A stretch of 57,949 nt of DNA from a virus: positions 1 to 57,949 of the IMG/VR virus record IMGVR_UViG_3300045391_002368. One strand, written 5' to 3'. The notes beneath the pieces are model-generated. The model was not told the DNA's origin. It saw nothing but the letters and a program-made list of their open reading frames with translations, and searched no databases. The translations under genes were made by a program, and so were the position numbers. Position 1 is the stretch's first letter, and the number at the start of each line of letters is the position of its first letter. This document shows positions 16,844 through 25,828 of the stretch, piece after piece.

Positions 16844-17362
16844 GTGGCGCTTACGAAGACATCGCAGACATACCAGGATATCGAGGCTGCTGCCGAGGAT
16901 CTCGTCTACGGCACCGTCCTCTGTATCGATCCGTCCATCGGATCCCAGAGCAGCATGCCGGGCTGGGCTATCTACGAGGCCGGCCTGCTCACGAGTTCCG
17001 GAGTACTCCACATCGACCCGACTGGGACCCAGGTGGAACGCCTGCGTTTCCTCGGGGGAGTACTCCGCTCTCTCTTCGAGACCTTCGATCCCGACGTGCT
17101 GGTCTACGAGAAGGTGCCGGTGTCCGCACACGGGGGTGGCCGTTCCCAGGTCGGTCATGCTAGTCTACTAATGGCCAGTGGGGTTGTGCTCTCTATCCCG
17201 GGACCAGACTACACGGTAGGTATCATGCCTATCTCCTGGAAGAAACTAGTGAGACCTACATACAGGAAGGGAGACGAGCAGGATGCAATCGAGATTGGAT
17301 ACATCTGTATCGAGGAAGCTCGGAAGATACTGGGCGAGCGAGACGCCGACGAAGCCAGCTAG
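16844..17362 (+). CDS. RuvC-like Holliday junction resolvase.
   Basis: VLCIDPSIGS, LVYEKVPV and DEQDAIEIGY supply the acidic catalytic residues in RuvC order. GTG start with GGAGAG RBS. Confidence 0.65.
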   Translation: MALTKTSQTYQDIEAAAEDLVYGTVLCIDPSIGSQSSMPGWAIYEAGLLTSSGVLHIDPTGTQVERLRFLGGVLRSLFETFDPDVLVYEKVPVSAHGGGRSQVGHASLLMASGVVLSIPGPDYTVGIMPISWKKLVRPTYRKGDEQDAIEIGYICIEEARKILGERDADEAS

Positions 17363-17460
17363 GAAGAAAGAGTACATCTACGGGTGCCGCAAGTCCTATG
17401 TCTATGTCCCAGGGATCGGGCTCATAATGGAGGTCGTAGACGGTATGGGTACAGAGGAGG

Positions 17461-17823
17461 ATGAGAGCAGTGAGCTCGAAACAGAAGAGTGAGAGATACA
17501 CCGATCCCTCTAGCATCCCAGTCCTGGGGGAGACATTCCGGGTGGAGATGGTAGACGCTATCCTCGACGACGATGAGGCAGTCGGGGAATGTCTTCCGGA
17601 TATCAGCCTGATACGTCTCGTCCGCAGTCAGGGTAGCAGGAGGAAGTGGAAGACTGCCTTCCACGAGGGTCTCCACGGAGCACTCGATGTGACCGGTATC
17701 TCGGCCTACCTATCGACAGAACTGGAGGAAAGTATTGTCCGCACTGCCGAGACCTACACGATGCAGTTCCTCCGCCAGCTGGGACGGGAACTTCTAGACG
17801 CTGTCATCGAGGATCAGGAATGA
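17461..17823 (+). CDS. Small HExxH zinc-metallopeptidase-like protein.
   Basis: TAFHEGLHGAL. The start may instead be the GTG at 17470. Confidence 0.45.
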   Translation: MRAVSSKQKSERYTDPSSIPVLGETFRVEMVDAILDDDEAVGECLPDISLIRLVRSQGSRRKWKTAFHEGLHGALDVTGISAYLSTELEESIVRTAETYTMQFLRQLGRELLDAVIEDQE

Positions 17824-18341
17824 GTATGCGCATCGGGGTACTGCTAGTACTGGCGGGAATGGCGGGGGGTTACTACGTTCGAGAATGGACGTTCGATATG
17901 CCCGAGCCTGAGGTCCGAACCATTACCGTGGAGAAGCGAGTGGAGGTTGCCGGAGCCGAACGTATCGTCTTCCGGGACCGAGTGATAGAGGTCGAGAAGG
18001 AGACACATCCAGATGGGACCGTCGTCGAACACACCACCACCCACGAACAGGAACATGAGAAAGAAGAGACCACGACTGTCAGTGAGAAGGTGGCTACCAG
18101 TACGGCGACGTCGACTTCGACTACGCCCGATAGTTCTCTGGCAGATACACTGAAGGCGAGGCCCGAATACTCGGTCAGTGTCGGATACCGCCAGCATCTC
18201 TCACTGGATAGCGAGTGGAAACCAGACTGGTCGAAGGTCGAGGTCGGAGTAGGAAGGCGCCTCATCGGGGATATCTGGGGAGAGGCGAGTTATCATCCCG
18301 GTACGAATACCGGTACAATAGGAGTACGCTGTGAGTTCTGA
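17820..18341 (+). CDS. Signal-sequence protein with a Thr/Glu-rich linker and a beta-strand C-terminus ending in Phe (OMP-like beta-signal).
   Basis: MSMRIGVLLVLAGMAGG at the N-terminus; ...YSVSVGYRQ...VEVGVGRR...GTIGVRCEF at the C-terminus. ATGA overlap with the upstream gene. Confidence 0.5.
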   Translation: MSMRIGVLLVLAGMAGGYYVREWTFDMPEPEVRTITVEKRVEVAGAERIVFRDRVIEVEKETHPDGTVVEHTTTHEQEHEKEETTTVSEKVATSTATSTSTTPDSSLADTLKARPEYSVSVGYRQHLSLDSEWKPDWSKVEVGVGRRLIGDIWGEASYHPGTNTGTIGVRCEF

Positions 18342-18693
18342 TCCAGACAAGAACGGAACGAACTCTGTTCGGACCTACACTGAACTAGTCAACCATACGA
18401 AGAATAAGAACCTGATAGACTTCCATCAGTTACTCAATGCAGCTCTCGGCCTGGCGGGTGAGGCAGGCGAGTTCGCCGATCTGGTGAAGAAGCACGCCTT
18501 CCAGGGACACGAGCTCGATCGAGATAAGGTCGTGAAAGAGCTCGGAGACGTACGGTACTACCTCGAACTAGCCTGCATCACGTTAGGTATTACTATTACC
18601 GAAGTAGAGGAAACCAATAAGGATAAGTTACTGAAGAGGTATCCGAACGGTTTCACAGTAGAAGCGAGTATCCGGCGTGCTGACACGAAATGA
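18331..18693 (+). CDS. mazG: MazG-type nucleoside triphosphate pyrophosphohydrolase.
   Basis: AALGLAGEAGEFADLVKK and ELGDVRYYLE, matching the EXXE...EXXD metal-binding motifs. Confidence 0.8.
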   Translation: MSSDPDKNGTNSVRTYTELVNHTKNKNLIDFHQLLNAALGLAGEAGEFADLVKKHAFQGHELDRDKVVKELGDVRYYLELACITLGITITEVEETNKDKLLKRYPNGFTVEASIRRADTK

Positions 18694-18700
18694 TTCACTG

Positions 18701-19051
18701 GTGTTCTTCCTGCAGTTACTTCAGGAAGATAAGATTCGATATGATCCCGATACAGGATTGTTCACTCGCTGGTGGGAATCTAGACGGGGCTGGATAGAGC
18801 CAGTGCCCTTCGGTAAGAAATCTCCAAATGGATACATATATCTACATTCTATGTGAGGGAGCCTGAATATGTCAGCCAGCGAATGGGCTTACAACAAGAA
18901 TCCACACCTAGACGAATACGAGATTCGGCGTCTCTTCCTCTTGCTGCTCGCTGAACTAGGGCTTGGAGTGGAGTCAAGGCAGGTTGAGGAAGACATCGGA
19001 CCACGAATCTTCAGCTACACCGAGTACCGCATTGCTCGGAGGAAGGTATGA
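18701..19051 (+). pseudogene. Decayed HNH-type homing endonuclease remnant, interrupted by an in-frame TGA at 18854-18856 and fused to a degenerate MazG-like segment.
   Basis: IRYDPDTGLFTRWWESRRGWIEPVPFGKKSPNGYIYLHSM* resembles the N-terminal region of phage HNH endonucleases. The same frame continues into ORF 18869..19051. The region is AT-rich. Confidence 0.4.
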
Positions 19052-19097
19052 CTTTTGGGACGCCTTCTAACTAGAGGATCCAGGAGGAAAGGGATTG

Positions 19098-19229
19098 CTC
19101 GCTGAACTGGCATGTATTACACTGGGGGTTCCACTCACCGAAGTGGAAGAGAAGAACATCGAGAAGCTACTACAGAGGTACCCGAATGGATTCTCAGCTG
19201 AAGCTAGTGTCGGACGGAAAGTTCTCTGA
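19098..19229 (+). pseudogene. Ghost copy of the MazG 3' end (44 codons, no start codon), overlapping the RNR start in another frame.
   Basis: [42 protein letters not shown] compared with MazG LELACITLGITITEVEETNKDKLLKRYPNGFTVEASIRRADTK*. Confidence 0.75.
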
Positions 19230-20856
19230 TTTCGCCAGAGCGATCTACGAGCAGAAGTATGCGCACACGACGGCCGACGGCCGGAAAGAAACATGGGAGC
19301 AAACTGCGGCTCGGGTAGCTAGGCATGTGCTCGACGCCGACGGTAAGCCGAAGGTCGATGACCTGACTATACAGGCTGTGTACGAGCTGATTCGGGATCG
19401 GAAGTTCATGCCCGGTGGGCGCTATCTCTATGCAGCGGGGCGTCCCTTCCACCAGACCCAGAACTGTCTCCTCCTGCGTGCAGAAGACAGCCGGGAGGGA
19501 TGGGCCGATCTGATGCAGAAGGCGACGATGGCTCTCATGACAGGTGCAGGTATCGGCGTAGACTACTCGGCTATCAGACCGGAGGGGGCACCCATCTCCC
19601 GTACGGGCGGTACCTGCACCGGGCCCCTCGCACTCATGCAGATGGTCAACGAGGCGGGCCGGCACATCATGCAGGGCGGTGCTCGCCGGTCCGCTATCTG
19701 GGCGGGTCTCCGCTGGAACCATCCGGACGTGAGGCGCTTCATCGACCTGAAGGACTGGAGTCCGGAGATCCGGGCAGCGAAGGAGAAGGACTACAATGCA
19801 CCAGCTCCCATGGATGGGACGAATATCAGTGTCATACTCGATGCCGATTTCTTTCGGGAATACAACCAGGGGAATCCGTATGCGAAGGACGTCTACTGGC
19901 ATGTAGTCTGGAACATGCTCTCGACAGCGGAACCTGGCTTCTCTGTCGACTTCGACAACCCGAGAGAATCCCTGAGGAATGCGTGCACGGAGGTAGTCAG
20001 TGAGGATGACTCCGACATTTGTAATCTCGGGTCTATCAATATGGCTCGCATTGGAACTCTTTCAGAGTTCTCTCGGATTGTGGAGCTTGGTACTATCTTT
20101 CTACTTGCTGGTACTCTCTATAGTCATGTTCCTTATAGCAGAGTAGCAGATATCCGTACGAAGAACCGCAGGCTAGGGCTCGGTCTGATGGGCATCCACG
20201 AGTGGTTATTGCAACGGGGGAAGAAGTATGGTCCGGATTCCGAACTTGCCAGCTGGCTTGAAACCTATCGAGAAGTGTCTACGAGAACTGCGCAGAGAGT
20301 TGCAGAGGATTGGGGCATCAGTTGCCCAGTTGCAGTCCGAGCTATCGCACCAACCGGGACCATCGGCATCGTCGCTGAGACCACGACTGGCATCGAACCG
20401 ATCTTCTGTGTCGCCTACCGTCGGCGGTACAAGGGGGCGGACGGCCACACAACCAATTACCAGTATGTCGTCGACCCGACGGCGAAGAGACTCATCGAGC
20501 AAGGCACGCCCCCGGAACTAGTCGAGGATTCCTACACCCTCGCAGCTAGTCCGGAGAGGCGAGTGGAGTTCCAGGCCTGGGTCCAGCAGTATGTGGATCA
20601 GGCTATCAGCTCGACCATCAACCTGCCCGAATGGGGTAGCGAACTCAATAGCGAACTCACTGTAGAGAAGTTCGGTGAGATGCTGATGCAGTACCTTCCG
20701 AGGCTGCGGGGTATCACAGCCTATCCCGATGGTTCCCGGGGTGGCCAACCTCTGGTGCGGGTAAAGTACGAGACTGCTATCAGTCACGAGGGTCAGGTAT
20801 TCGTAGAGCAGGCGGATTCCTGCGACATAACTAAGGGAGGTTCCTGTGGCAGTTAG
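19186..20856 (+). CDS. Ribonucleotide reductase catalytic protein. It is probably class II, since no beta-subunit gene is present.
   Basis: [26 protein letters not shown] (the N-x-C-x-E active site) and ICNLGSINM. The class assignment is an inference. Confidence 0.8.
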   Translation: MDSQLKLVSDGKFSDFARAIYEQKYAHTTADGRKETWEQTAARVARHVLDADGKPKVDDLTIQAVYELIRDRKFMPGGRYLYAAGRPFHQTQNCLLLRAEDSREGWADLMQKATMALMTGAGIGVDYSAIRPEGAPISRTGGTCTGPLALMQMVNEAGRHIMQGGARRSAIWAGLRWNHPDVRRFIDLKDWSPEIRAAKEKDYNAPAPMDGTNISVILDADFFREYNQGNPYAKDVYWHVVWNMLSTAEPGFSVDFDNPRESLRNACTEVVSEDDSDICNLGSINMARIGTLSEFSRIVELGTIFLLAGTLYSHVPYSRVADIRTKNRRLGLGLMGIHEWLLQRGKKYGPDSELASWLETYREVSTRTAQRVAEDWGISCPVAVRAIAPTGTIGIVAETTTGIEPIFCVAYRRRYKGADGHTTNYQYVVDPTAKRLIEQGTPPELVEDSYTLAASPERRVEFQAWVQQYVDQAISSTINLPEWGSELNSELTVEKFGEMLMQYLPRLRGITAYPDGSRGGQPLVRVKYETAISHEGQVFVEQADSCDITKGGSCGS

Positions 20857-21559
20857 TCTAGTTACCACTACTCCCGAGGCAGAGAAACTACTGGCCTACA
20901 TGGCAAGGGTCTCCTCGTCTCATCAGGACAATCCAGAGTATTCGAAACTCCTTCGGTACCTCATCGAGCACCAGCACTGGTCGCCGTTCGAGATGGTCCA
21001 CATGGTAGTGGAGATCGAGACGAGTAGGGCCATCGCTGCCCAGATCCTGAGACACAGGAGCTTCTCCTTCCAGGAGTTCTCGCAGAGGTATGCTGAGGTG
21101 CCGAACTCCGGTCCCCCCTCCCTACTAGTTGGTAGAATGCAGTCGGAGAAGAACAGGCAGTCGTCGGGACGGGAGTTACCCGAGAAATGCCAGGAACACT
21201 GGCTTCGCCTCCAGGAAACTATCTTCCAGGTTACCAGAGAAGCATACTGCTCGGCTCTCGATAGTGGTGTGGCGAAGGAGCAGGCACGGATGCTGCTTCC
21301 TCTGGCTACTCCTACTAGGCTCTACATGGCCGGCTCCGTCAGGAGCTGGATCCACTATCTCCACCTCCGTACCCAGGAGGATACCCAGAAGGAGCACAGG
21401 GATATCGCTCTCGCTGTCCAGAGAATATTCATCCAGCAATTCCCCTGTACCTCCGAGGCACTCGGATGGTCGCTACAGAAATCCGAATTCGATGCGACAC
21501 TAGATACTGTGATAGCTGAACACTCAGATGCGCTAGCTAACCTAGTAGAAGGAGACTGA
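20846..21559 (+). CDS. thyX: Flavin-dependent thymidylate synthase.
   Basis: [16 protein letters not shown], matching the RHRxxSxxxxSxR ThyX motif. Confidence 0.85.
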   Translation: MAVSLVTTTPEAEKLLAYMARVSSSHQDNPEYSKLLRYLIEHQHWSPFEMVHMVVEIETSRAIAAQILRHRSFSFQEFSQRYAEVPNSGPPSLLVGRMQSEKNRQSSGRELPEKCQEHWLRLQETIFQVTREAYCSALDSGVAKEQARMLLPLATPTRLYMAGSVRSWIHYLHLRTQEDTQKEHRDIALAVQRIFIQQFPCTSEALGWSLQKSEFDATLDTVIAEHSDALANLVEGD

Positions 21560-21561
21560 GA

Positions 21562-21822
21562 ATGCCGAAGGCGAAACTAGAGTTCTCGCTACCAGAGGAG
21601 CAGGAGGAGTTTTCGACAGCTGTACGATCCTCGAACATGCGCAGCGCTCTCTGGGAGATCTCGCAGAGGGTCTTCCGCCCGGCCCGCAAGCACGGATATC
21701 CGGATGAGTCCATCCAGGAGCTGCTCAATAAGCTGGGAGAAGATGGGGAGGATTTGGTGTCGAAGCTGGAGAAGCTGTTCTGGGAGATCCTGGAGGAGGA
21801 AGAGATCCGAAACCTCCCTTGA
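21562..21822 (+). CDS. Hypothetical acidic helical protein.
   Basis: 86-aa ORF with tight spacing after thyX. Confidence 0.5.
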   Translation: MPKAKLEFSLPEEQEEFSTAVRSSNMRSALWEISQRVFRPARKHGYPDESIQELLNKLGEDGEDLVSKLEKLFWEILEEEEIRNLP

Positions 21823-21919
21823 CCACCTGGCACGGTTCCTGTATTATTCGTCTCCATCTGGGAAGCAATGTTGCTACCCGGTACCCGGGCGGTCAGTCGC
21901 CCGAATAGGAGACTAGCCC

Positions 21920-22336
21920 GTGAAGTTTGCACACAAGGTTCCGAATATCCACAAGTCGGCTGTCTATGTTACGCAGGACCGTATCGCTCTCTACTACTCT
22001 CGCCCAGTACTGTTGGGCCACATCGAGAAGCGGGGCCAGGAATGGGTTGCCGAGGATGGAACTAGGTTCGCTAATAATCGCAGTGCGCTCGAATATCTCA
22101 TGCGTCTCTACGAGATGCGTACCTTCGGGAAACTCCCAGAGGGAGGTATCCAGCCGGGGGATCCGATCAGTGAGAAGATGCGAAAGGTTGCGAAGAAGGC
22201 GGATGAGATCCGTCCAGTCGAGAAGAAGAAGCTGGTAGGTTCCCCGCATCGGGTGGATGCTAGGTCACTAGATAAGATCTATACACTACTCCGGCAGATA
22301 GCTGGAGAGCCGGAGGATTCCCGGCAGAAGGAATGA
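21920..22336 (+). CDS. Hypothetical protein.
   Basis: 138-aa ORF with a GTG start preceded by AGGAGA. Confidence 0.45.
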   Translation: MKFAHKVPNIHKSAVYVTQDRIALYYSRPVLLGHIEKRGQEWVAEDGTRFANNRSALEYLMRLYEMRTFGKLPEGGIQPGDPISEKMRKVAKKADEIRPVEKKKLVGSPHRVDARSLDKIYTLLRQIAGEPEDSRQKE

Positions 22337-22337
22337 C

Positions 22338-22553
22338 GTGCCCATCTACGACTGGTCTTGTAAGAAGTGTGGTACTGCAGTTCCGGTAATTAGATCCTTC
22401 GCCGAATACGAGGTCCCGCCTTCCGACGAGGAAGTGCGGGATGCTCCCGTTTGCAACGAGGGTACGGCGCACGTATTCGTGCGAGTAATCGGCGGGAAGC
22501 AGACTGTACTGAAGGGACCGAACTGGGGCTGGGGAAAGAAGGGATCATGGTAG
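22338..22553 (+). CDS. FmdB-type zinc-ribbon protein.
   Basis: MPIYDWSCKKCG...APVCNEG. Confidence 0.5.
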   Translation: MPIYDWSCKKCGTAVPVIRSFAEYEVPPSDEEVRDAPVCNEGTAHVFVRVIGGKQTVLKGPNWGWGKKGSW

Positions 22554-22696
22554 GGGAGGAGGAGCCGCAGCCTCCGGATCGCTGCCACCACGATCCAGTC
22601 GAGAACGGACTAGTGGTCTGCTACTGCCGGTGCGGACTCGCACGCTTCCGGTGGAACAGAGATACCTGCCGATGGGAGATCTGGTGGGATAGCTGA
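22547..22696 (+). CDS. Small Cys/Trp-rich protein (49 aa).
   Basis: The ATG overlaps the upstream stop. The sequence ends WWDS*. Confidence 0.3.
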   Translation: MVGEEEPQPPDRCHHDPVENGLVVCYCRCGLARFRWNRDTCRWEIWWDS

Positions 22697-22719
22697 CAGC
22701 AAGTAGTGGGGAGTAAACA

Positions 22720-22809
22720 GTGGATTTACTGAAACATTTCCCGTATCCAACACCACGTCCCATTCAGAAAAGAACCATAGAAATTCTACCGGAACAGTGG
22801 GATAGCTGA
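22720..22809 (+). pseudogene. Ghost 5' fragment (29 codons) of a diverged helicase allele, immediately upstream of the intact helicase.
   Basis: VDLLKHFPYPTPRPIQKRTIEILPEQWDS* compared with the helicase N-terminus MNLLDYFPYEEPREIQKQVLEVLGDDWDRY. It is flanked by the 13-bp repeat gtgggatagctga at 22684-22696 and 22797-22809. Confidence 0.7.
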
Positions 22810-22820
22810 TGGAGGTGTCT

Positions 22821-24287
22821 ATGAATCTACTAGATTACTTCCCATACGAGGAACCTCGGGAAATACAGAAGCAAGTACTGGAGGTACTAGGAGATGACTG
22901 GGATAGGTATGACGTCTTCGTTATCTCGGCGCCCACTGCCTTCGGGAAGACGGGCATTGCGAAGACGCTTATGCAAGCACTACACTCAGTGTCAGTCATC
23001 ACCCCCACCAATCTACTGGTTGATCAGTTCAGGGCAGAGTTCCCCGATACCCCGACTCTGTCTAGGCTCGATTCGTACTATTGCGATCTCTGGAAGAGAC
23101 CCTGTGCCGCTACCCGTGCTCGGCTGAGGGGATTCTGCTCGAAGAAAGAGACAGGCTGCGAGTGTCCAGCCAGCAGAGACCTAGCCACGGCGAAGTACAG
23201 AAGAGGCCCAGGGATCTACAACTACCATGCGTATCTAGCCCACAAGCTATACAGGGATACTCTAGTAGTGGACGAGGCCCACAACCTGCTGCCGAACATC
23301 AGGGAGAGGATGTCACTAGTACTATGGCGCCACAAGACGGGATACCCGGAGAGCATGCGGACCCCAGAGCAGATGCGCTCCTGGGTATCCTCTCTCTCGG
23401 AATCTAGGAGGAAGGGCAAGGGGATCGCTACCCTAGAGGCAGCACTGCGTTCCCCCAGTCCCGAGTACATTCCCTATAGAACCCGTAGGGAATTCGCCGG
23501 GAAGGGCACCCTCCGGGGACAGCCAGAGATGCGGGACTGCATAGAGCTAGTCCCGGTCGACATCTCCACAGCCCCGCCGATGTACTGGCCGAAGGACGTG
23601 AAGAAGATTGTGCTACTATCTGCTACGATCGGAAGGAAGGACATCCCAGCTCTCGGTCTCCACAGAAAGAGAGTGCTCTACCTCGACTGCAAGAGCCCCA
23701 TAGATCCCGAGAGAAGGCCGGTAGTTATCGATCCCCAGTTCTCGGTGAGTAGGAATGCGATAGGCACTACCTTGCCGAGGCTGGTAGAATATATCGAGCA
23801 GGTGGCAGCGGCTCATCCCCACGAGAAGGGGGTCATCCACGCTACGTATGCAATGGCGCAGCTCCTCCGAGGTACACTACAGGGACCTCGCTACCTCTTC
23901 CATGAGAAGGAGGAGCGTCGTGAGGTGTACCAGAGATTCCGTGAGGCACCTCCTGAGAGCGGGGCTATCCTCGTCGCCTGTGGGATGTATGAGGGAATAG
24001 ATCTCCCCGAGGACCTAGGGCGCTGGCAGATAATAGCTAAGGTCCCGTGGCCGTCTCTCGGGGATCCGGGTGTCGACTACCAGATGAGGAAGGATCCGGA
24101 GTGGTATCTCTGGGAGACGGCGAGGAAGTGGATCCAGGCCTGTGGTAGAATCTGCCGTACTCCTACTGACTTCGGGGTGACTGTGTGTCCGGACTCAAGT
24201 GTCGAGAGACTGCTCCGAGAAGGTAAACATCTGTTCCCCAGCTGGTTGCTGGATGGGATCGAGGAGGGTAGGAAGTATGTCGGGTAG
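22821..24287 (+). CDS. XPD/DinG (Rad3)-family Fe-S DNA helicase.
   Basis: VISAPTAFGKTG (Walker A) and LVVDEAHNL (DEAH). A four-Cys cluster, YYCDLWKRPC...GFCSKKETGCEC, lies between them. GGAGG RBS before the ATG at 22821; an alternative ATG lies at 22809. Confidence 0.8.
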   Translation: MNLLDYFPYEEPREIQKQVLEVLGDDWDRYDVFVISAPTAFGKTGIAKTLMQALHSVSVITPTNLLVDQFRAEFPDTPTLSRLDSYYCDLWKRPCAATRARLRGFCSKKETGCECPASRDLATAKYRRGPGIYNYHAYLAHKLYRDTLVVDEAHNLLPNIRERMSLVLWRHKTGYPESMRTPEQMRSWVSSLSESRRKGKGIATLEAALRSPSPEYIPYRTRREFAGKGTLRGQPEMRDCIELVPVDISTAPPMYWPKDVKKIVLLSATIGRKDIPALGLHRKRVLYLDCKSPIDPERRPVVIDPQFSVSRNAIGTTLPRLVEYIEQVAAAHPHEKGVIHATYAMAQLLRGTLQGPRYLFHEKEERREVYQRFREAPPESGAILVACGMYEGIDLPEDLGRWQIIAKVPWPSLGDPGVDYQMRKDPEWYLWETARKWIQACGRICRTPTDFGVTVCPDSSVERLLREGKHLFPSWLLDGIEEGRKYVG

Positions 24288-24606
24288 TGGGCGGAAGGAT
24301 GACTCGGGGAAATACGATCTCTCCCTCATTCCACTAGTAGCTCTAGTGGAGGAAGCGAAGGGCTTCATGCTCGGAGAGAAGAAGTACGGACGCTACAACT
24401 ACTGCGCTGGCCTAGAGTCCCATCGTCTCGTAGCTGCTGCCCTCAGGCACATCGCTGCCTGGCAGGCGGGAGAGGACACTGATCCGGAGAGTGGAGCATC
24501 GCATCTCGGACACGCTCGCTGCTGTCTCTCGATGCTCCTCCACACGCAGGAACTCGGGACCCTGATCGATACTCGGTATAAGAAAGGGGAGATAGTCAAT
24601 GACTGA
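24277..24606 (+). CDS. dATP/dGTP-pyrophosphohydrolase-like (all-alpha NTP-PPase) protein.
   Basis: KDDSGKYDLSLIP, GEKKYGRYNY and ALRHIAAWQAGEDTDPESGASHLGHA. Confidence 0.55.
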   Translation: MSGSGRKDDSGKYDLSLIPLVALVEEAKGFMLGEKKYGRYNYCAGLESHRLVAAALRHIAAWQAGEDTDPESGASHLGHARCCLSMLLHTQELGTLIDTRYKKGEIVND

Positions 24607-25237
24607 GAAGATTCTAATAGCACTCCTACTCGCTGCTACGGCTGTGGGTATTGTGCTGATCCTACAACTGGAGAGAGTACTCCCCATCCGCCCAGAAGTA
24701 GTGGAGACGCATTCTCTGGCTATTCCGATGGAAGAGGTTACGGTCTCCCACTACCCCTACATACGTCGTGTGATGAATCGATGCGGGACCCATATCCCCG
24801 AGGAGACTCAGAATCGTCTCGCCTCCCAGATCTCGACAGCGATCGACGAGGTCTTCGCTCCGGAGGAACAGATCGCAGCTCGGGCCTACGTGGCTCTCCT
24901 CTGTATCGAGAGTCGGTTCGATAACTCGGCACGGTCTCCGGTGGGGGCTGTCGGTATCGCCCAGGTTATGCCGGGCAATGCTCCGGAGTTCGCTGCGCTC
25001 TGCGGCATGGATGCAACGGATGTCTACTCTCTCGAAGTGAATGTACGGATGGGGGCCTGCTTCTTCCGCTCCCTCGTCCACCAGTTCGACGGGAACATCG
25101 CACTGGCCCTGGCTGCCTATAATTCTGGACCGAGTAGCTCCACTACCCGCCGGCTGGCAACGCTCGATGTCGGTGCTCAGGAGACTAGTGGCTACCTCGC
25201 AAAGAATTTCGTACTACTACAGGAAATGGGGAAGTAG
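24599..25237 (+). CDS. Lytic transglycosylase (SLT domain) with an N-terminal signal-anchor helix.
   Basis: MTEKILIALLLAATAVGIVLIL, LLCIESRFDNSA, GIAQVMPG and AAYNSGP. Confidence 0.8.
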   Translation: MTEKILIALLLAATAVGIVLILQLERVLPIRPEVVETHSLAIPMEEVTVSHYPYIRRVMNRCGTHIPEETQNRLASQISTAIDEVFAPEEQIAARAYVALLCIESRFDNSARSPVGAVGIAQVMPGNAPEFAALCGMDATDVYSLEVNVRMGACFFRSLVHQFDGNIALALAAYNSGPSSSTTRRLATLDVGAQETSGYLAKNFVLLQEMGK

Positions 25238-25242
25238 GCCGC

Positions 25243-25560
25243 ATGCCGAACTACGACTACCACTGTGCTGCTTGCGATACGGTCCAGACCATCCTCGTTC
25301 CCTACGAGAAGAGGGATGATCCGGGGGTGCCGTGCCCAGGCTGCGGTGCTTACGGTCCCGGCAACGAGTGTCTAGAGCGACTGATGGTCATGCCGAATAC
25401 AACCAGAGCCAGCTATGTGGATGGCCACAGAAGGAAAGGCTGGGATGACCTGAGAGAAGCCAACAAGCTAGCGAGGGAGAAGGCAGTAGCGAAGGGAGAG
25501 AGTAGGAAAGAGATTGCGAGAGAGATCCGGAAGCTAGGCGTCAGAGTAGAGAAAGACTGA
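25243..25560 (+). CDS. FmdB-type zinc-ribbon protein, paralogue of 22338..22553.
   Basis: MPNYDYHCAACD...VPCPGCG. Confidence 0.5.
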   Translation: MPNYDYHCAACDTVQTILVPYEKRDDPGVPCPGCGAYGPGNECLERLMVMPNTTRASYVDGHRRKGWDDLREANKLAREKAVAKGESRKEIAREIRKLGVRVEKD

Positions 25561-25598
25561 GAAACCCGATCGAGATCCCAACAAGAAAGGAACAGATC

Positions 25599-25823
25599 GT
25601 GAGTGCTACCAATCATCGTCTCGACCTACTCGAACAGAAAGTGGAGGTACTGATGGCAGAGATCAATACCGCTCTGCGAGAGATGCAGGTAACCATGGAG
25701 GCTATGGCACGAGTCCAGCGGGCAGCCCTCGCCAGCCTCGATGCCCGTATCACTACTCTCGAAGGGTCCGCAACTCCGACGCCAGCTACAGATTCCCACA
25801 CACGTCCAGGAAAGGAACTCTGA
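25599..25823 (+). CDS. Small coiled-coil protein.
   Basis: 74-aa ORF with a GTG start. Confidence 0.4.
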   Translation: MSATNHRLDLLEQKVEVLMAEINTALREMQVTMEAMARVQRAALASLDARITTLEGSATPTPATDSHTRPGKEL

Positions 25824-25828
25824 TCACC

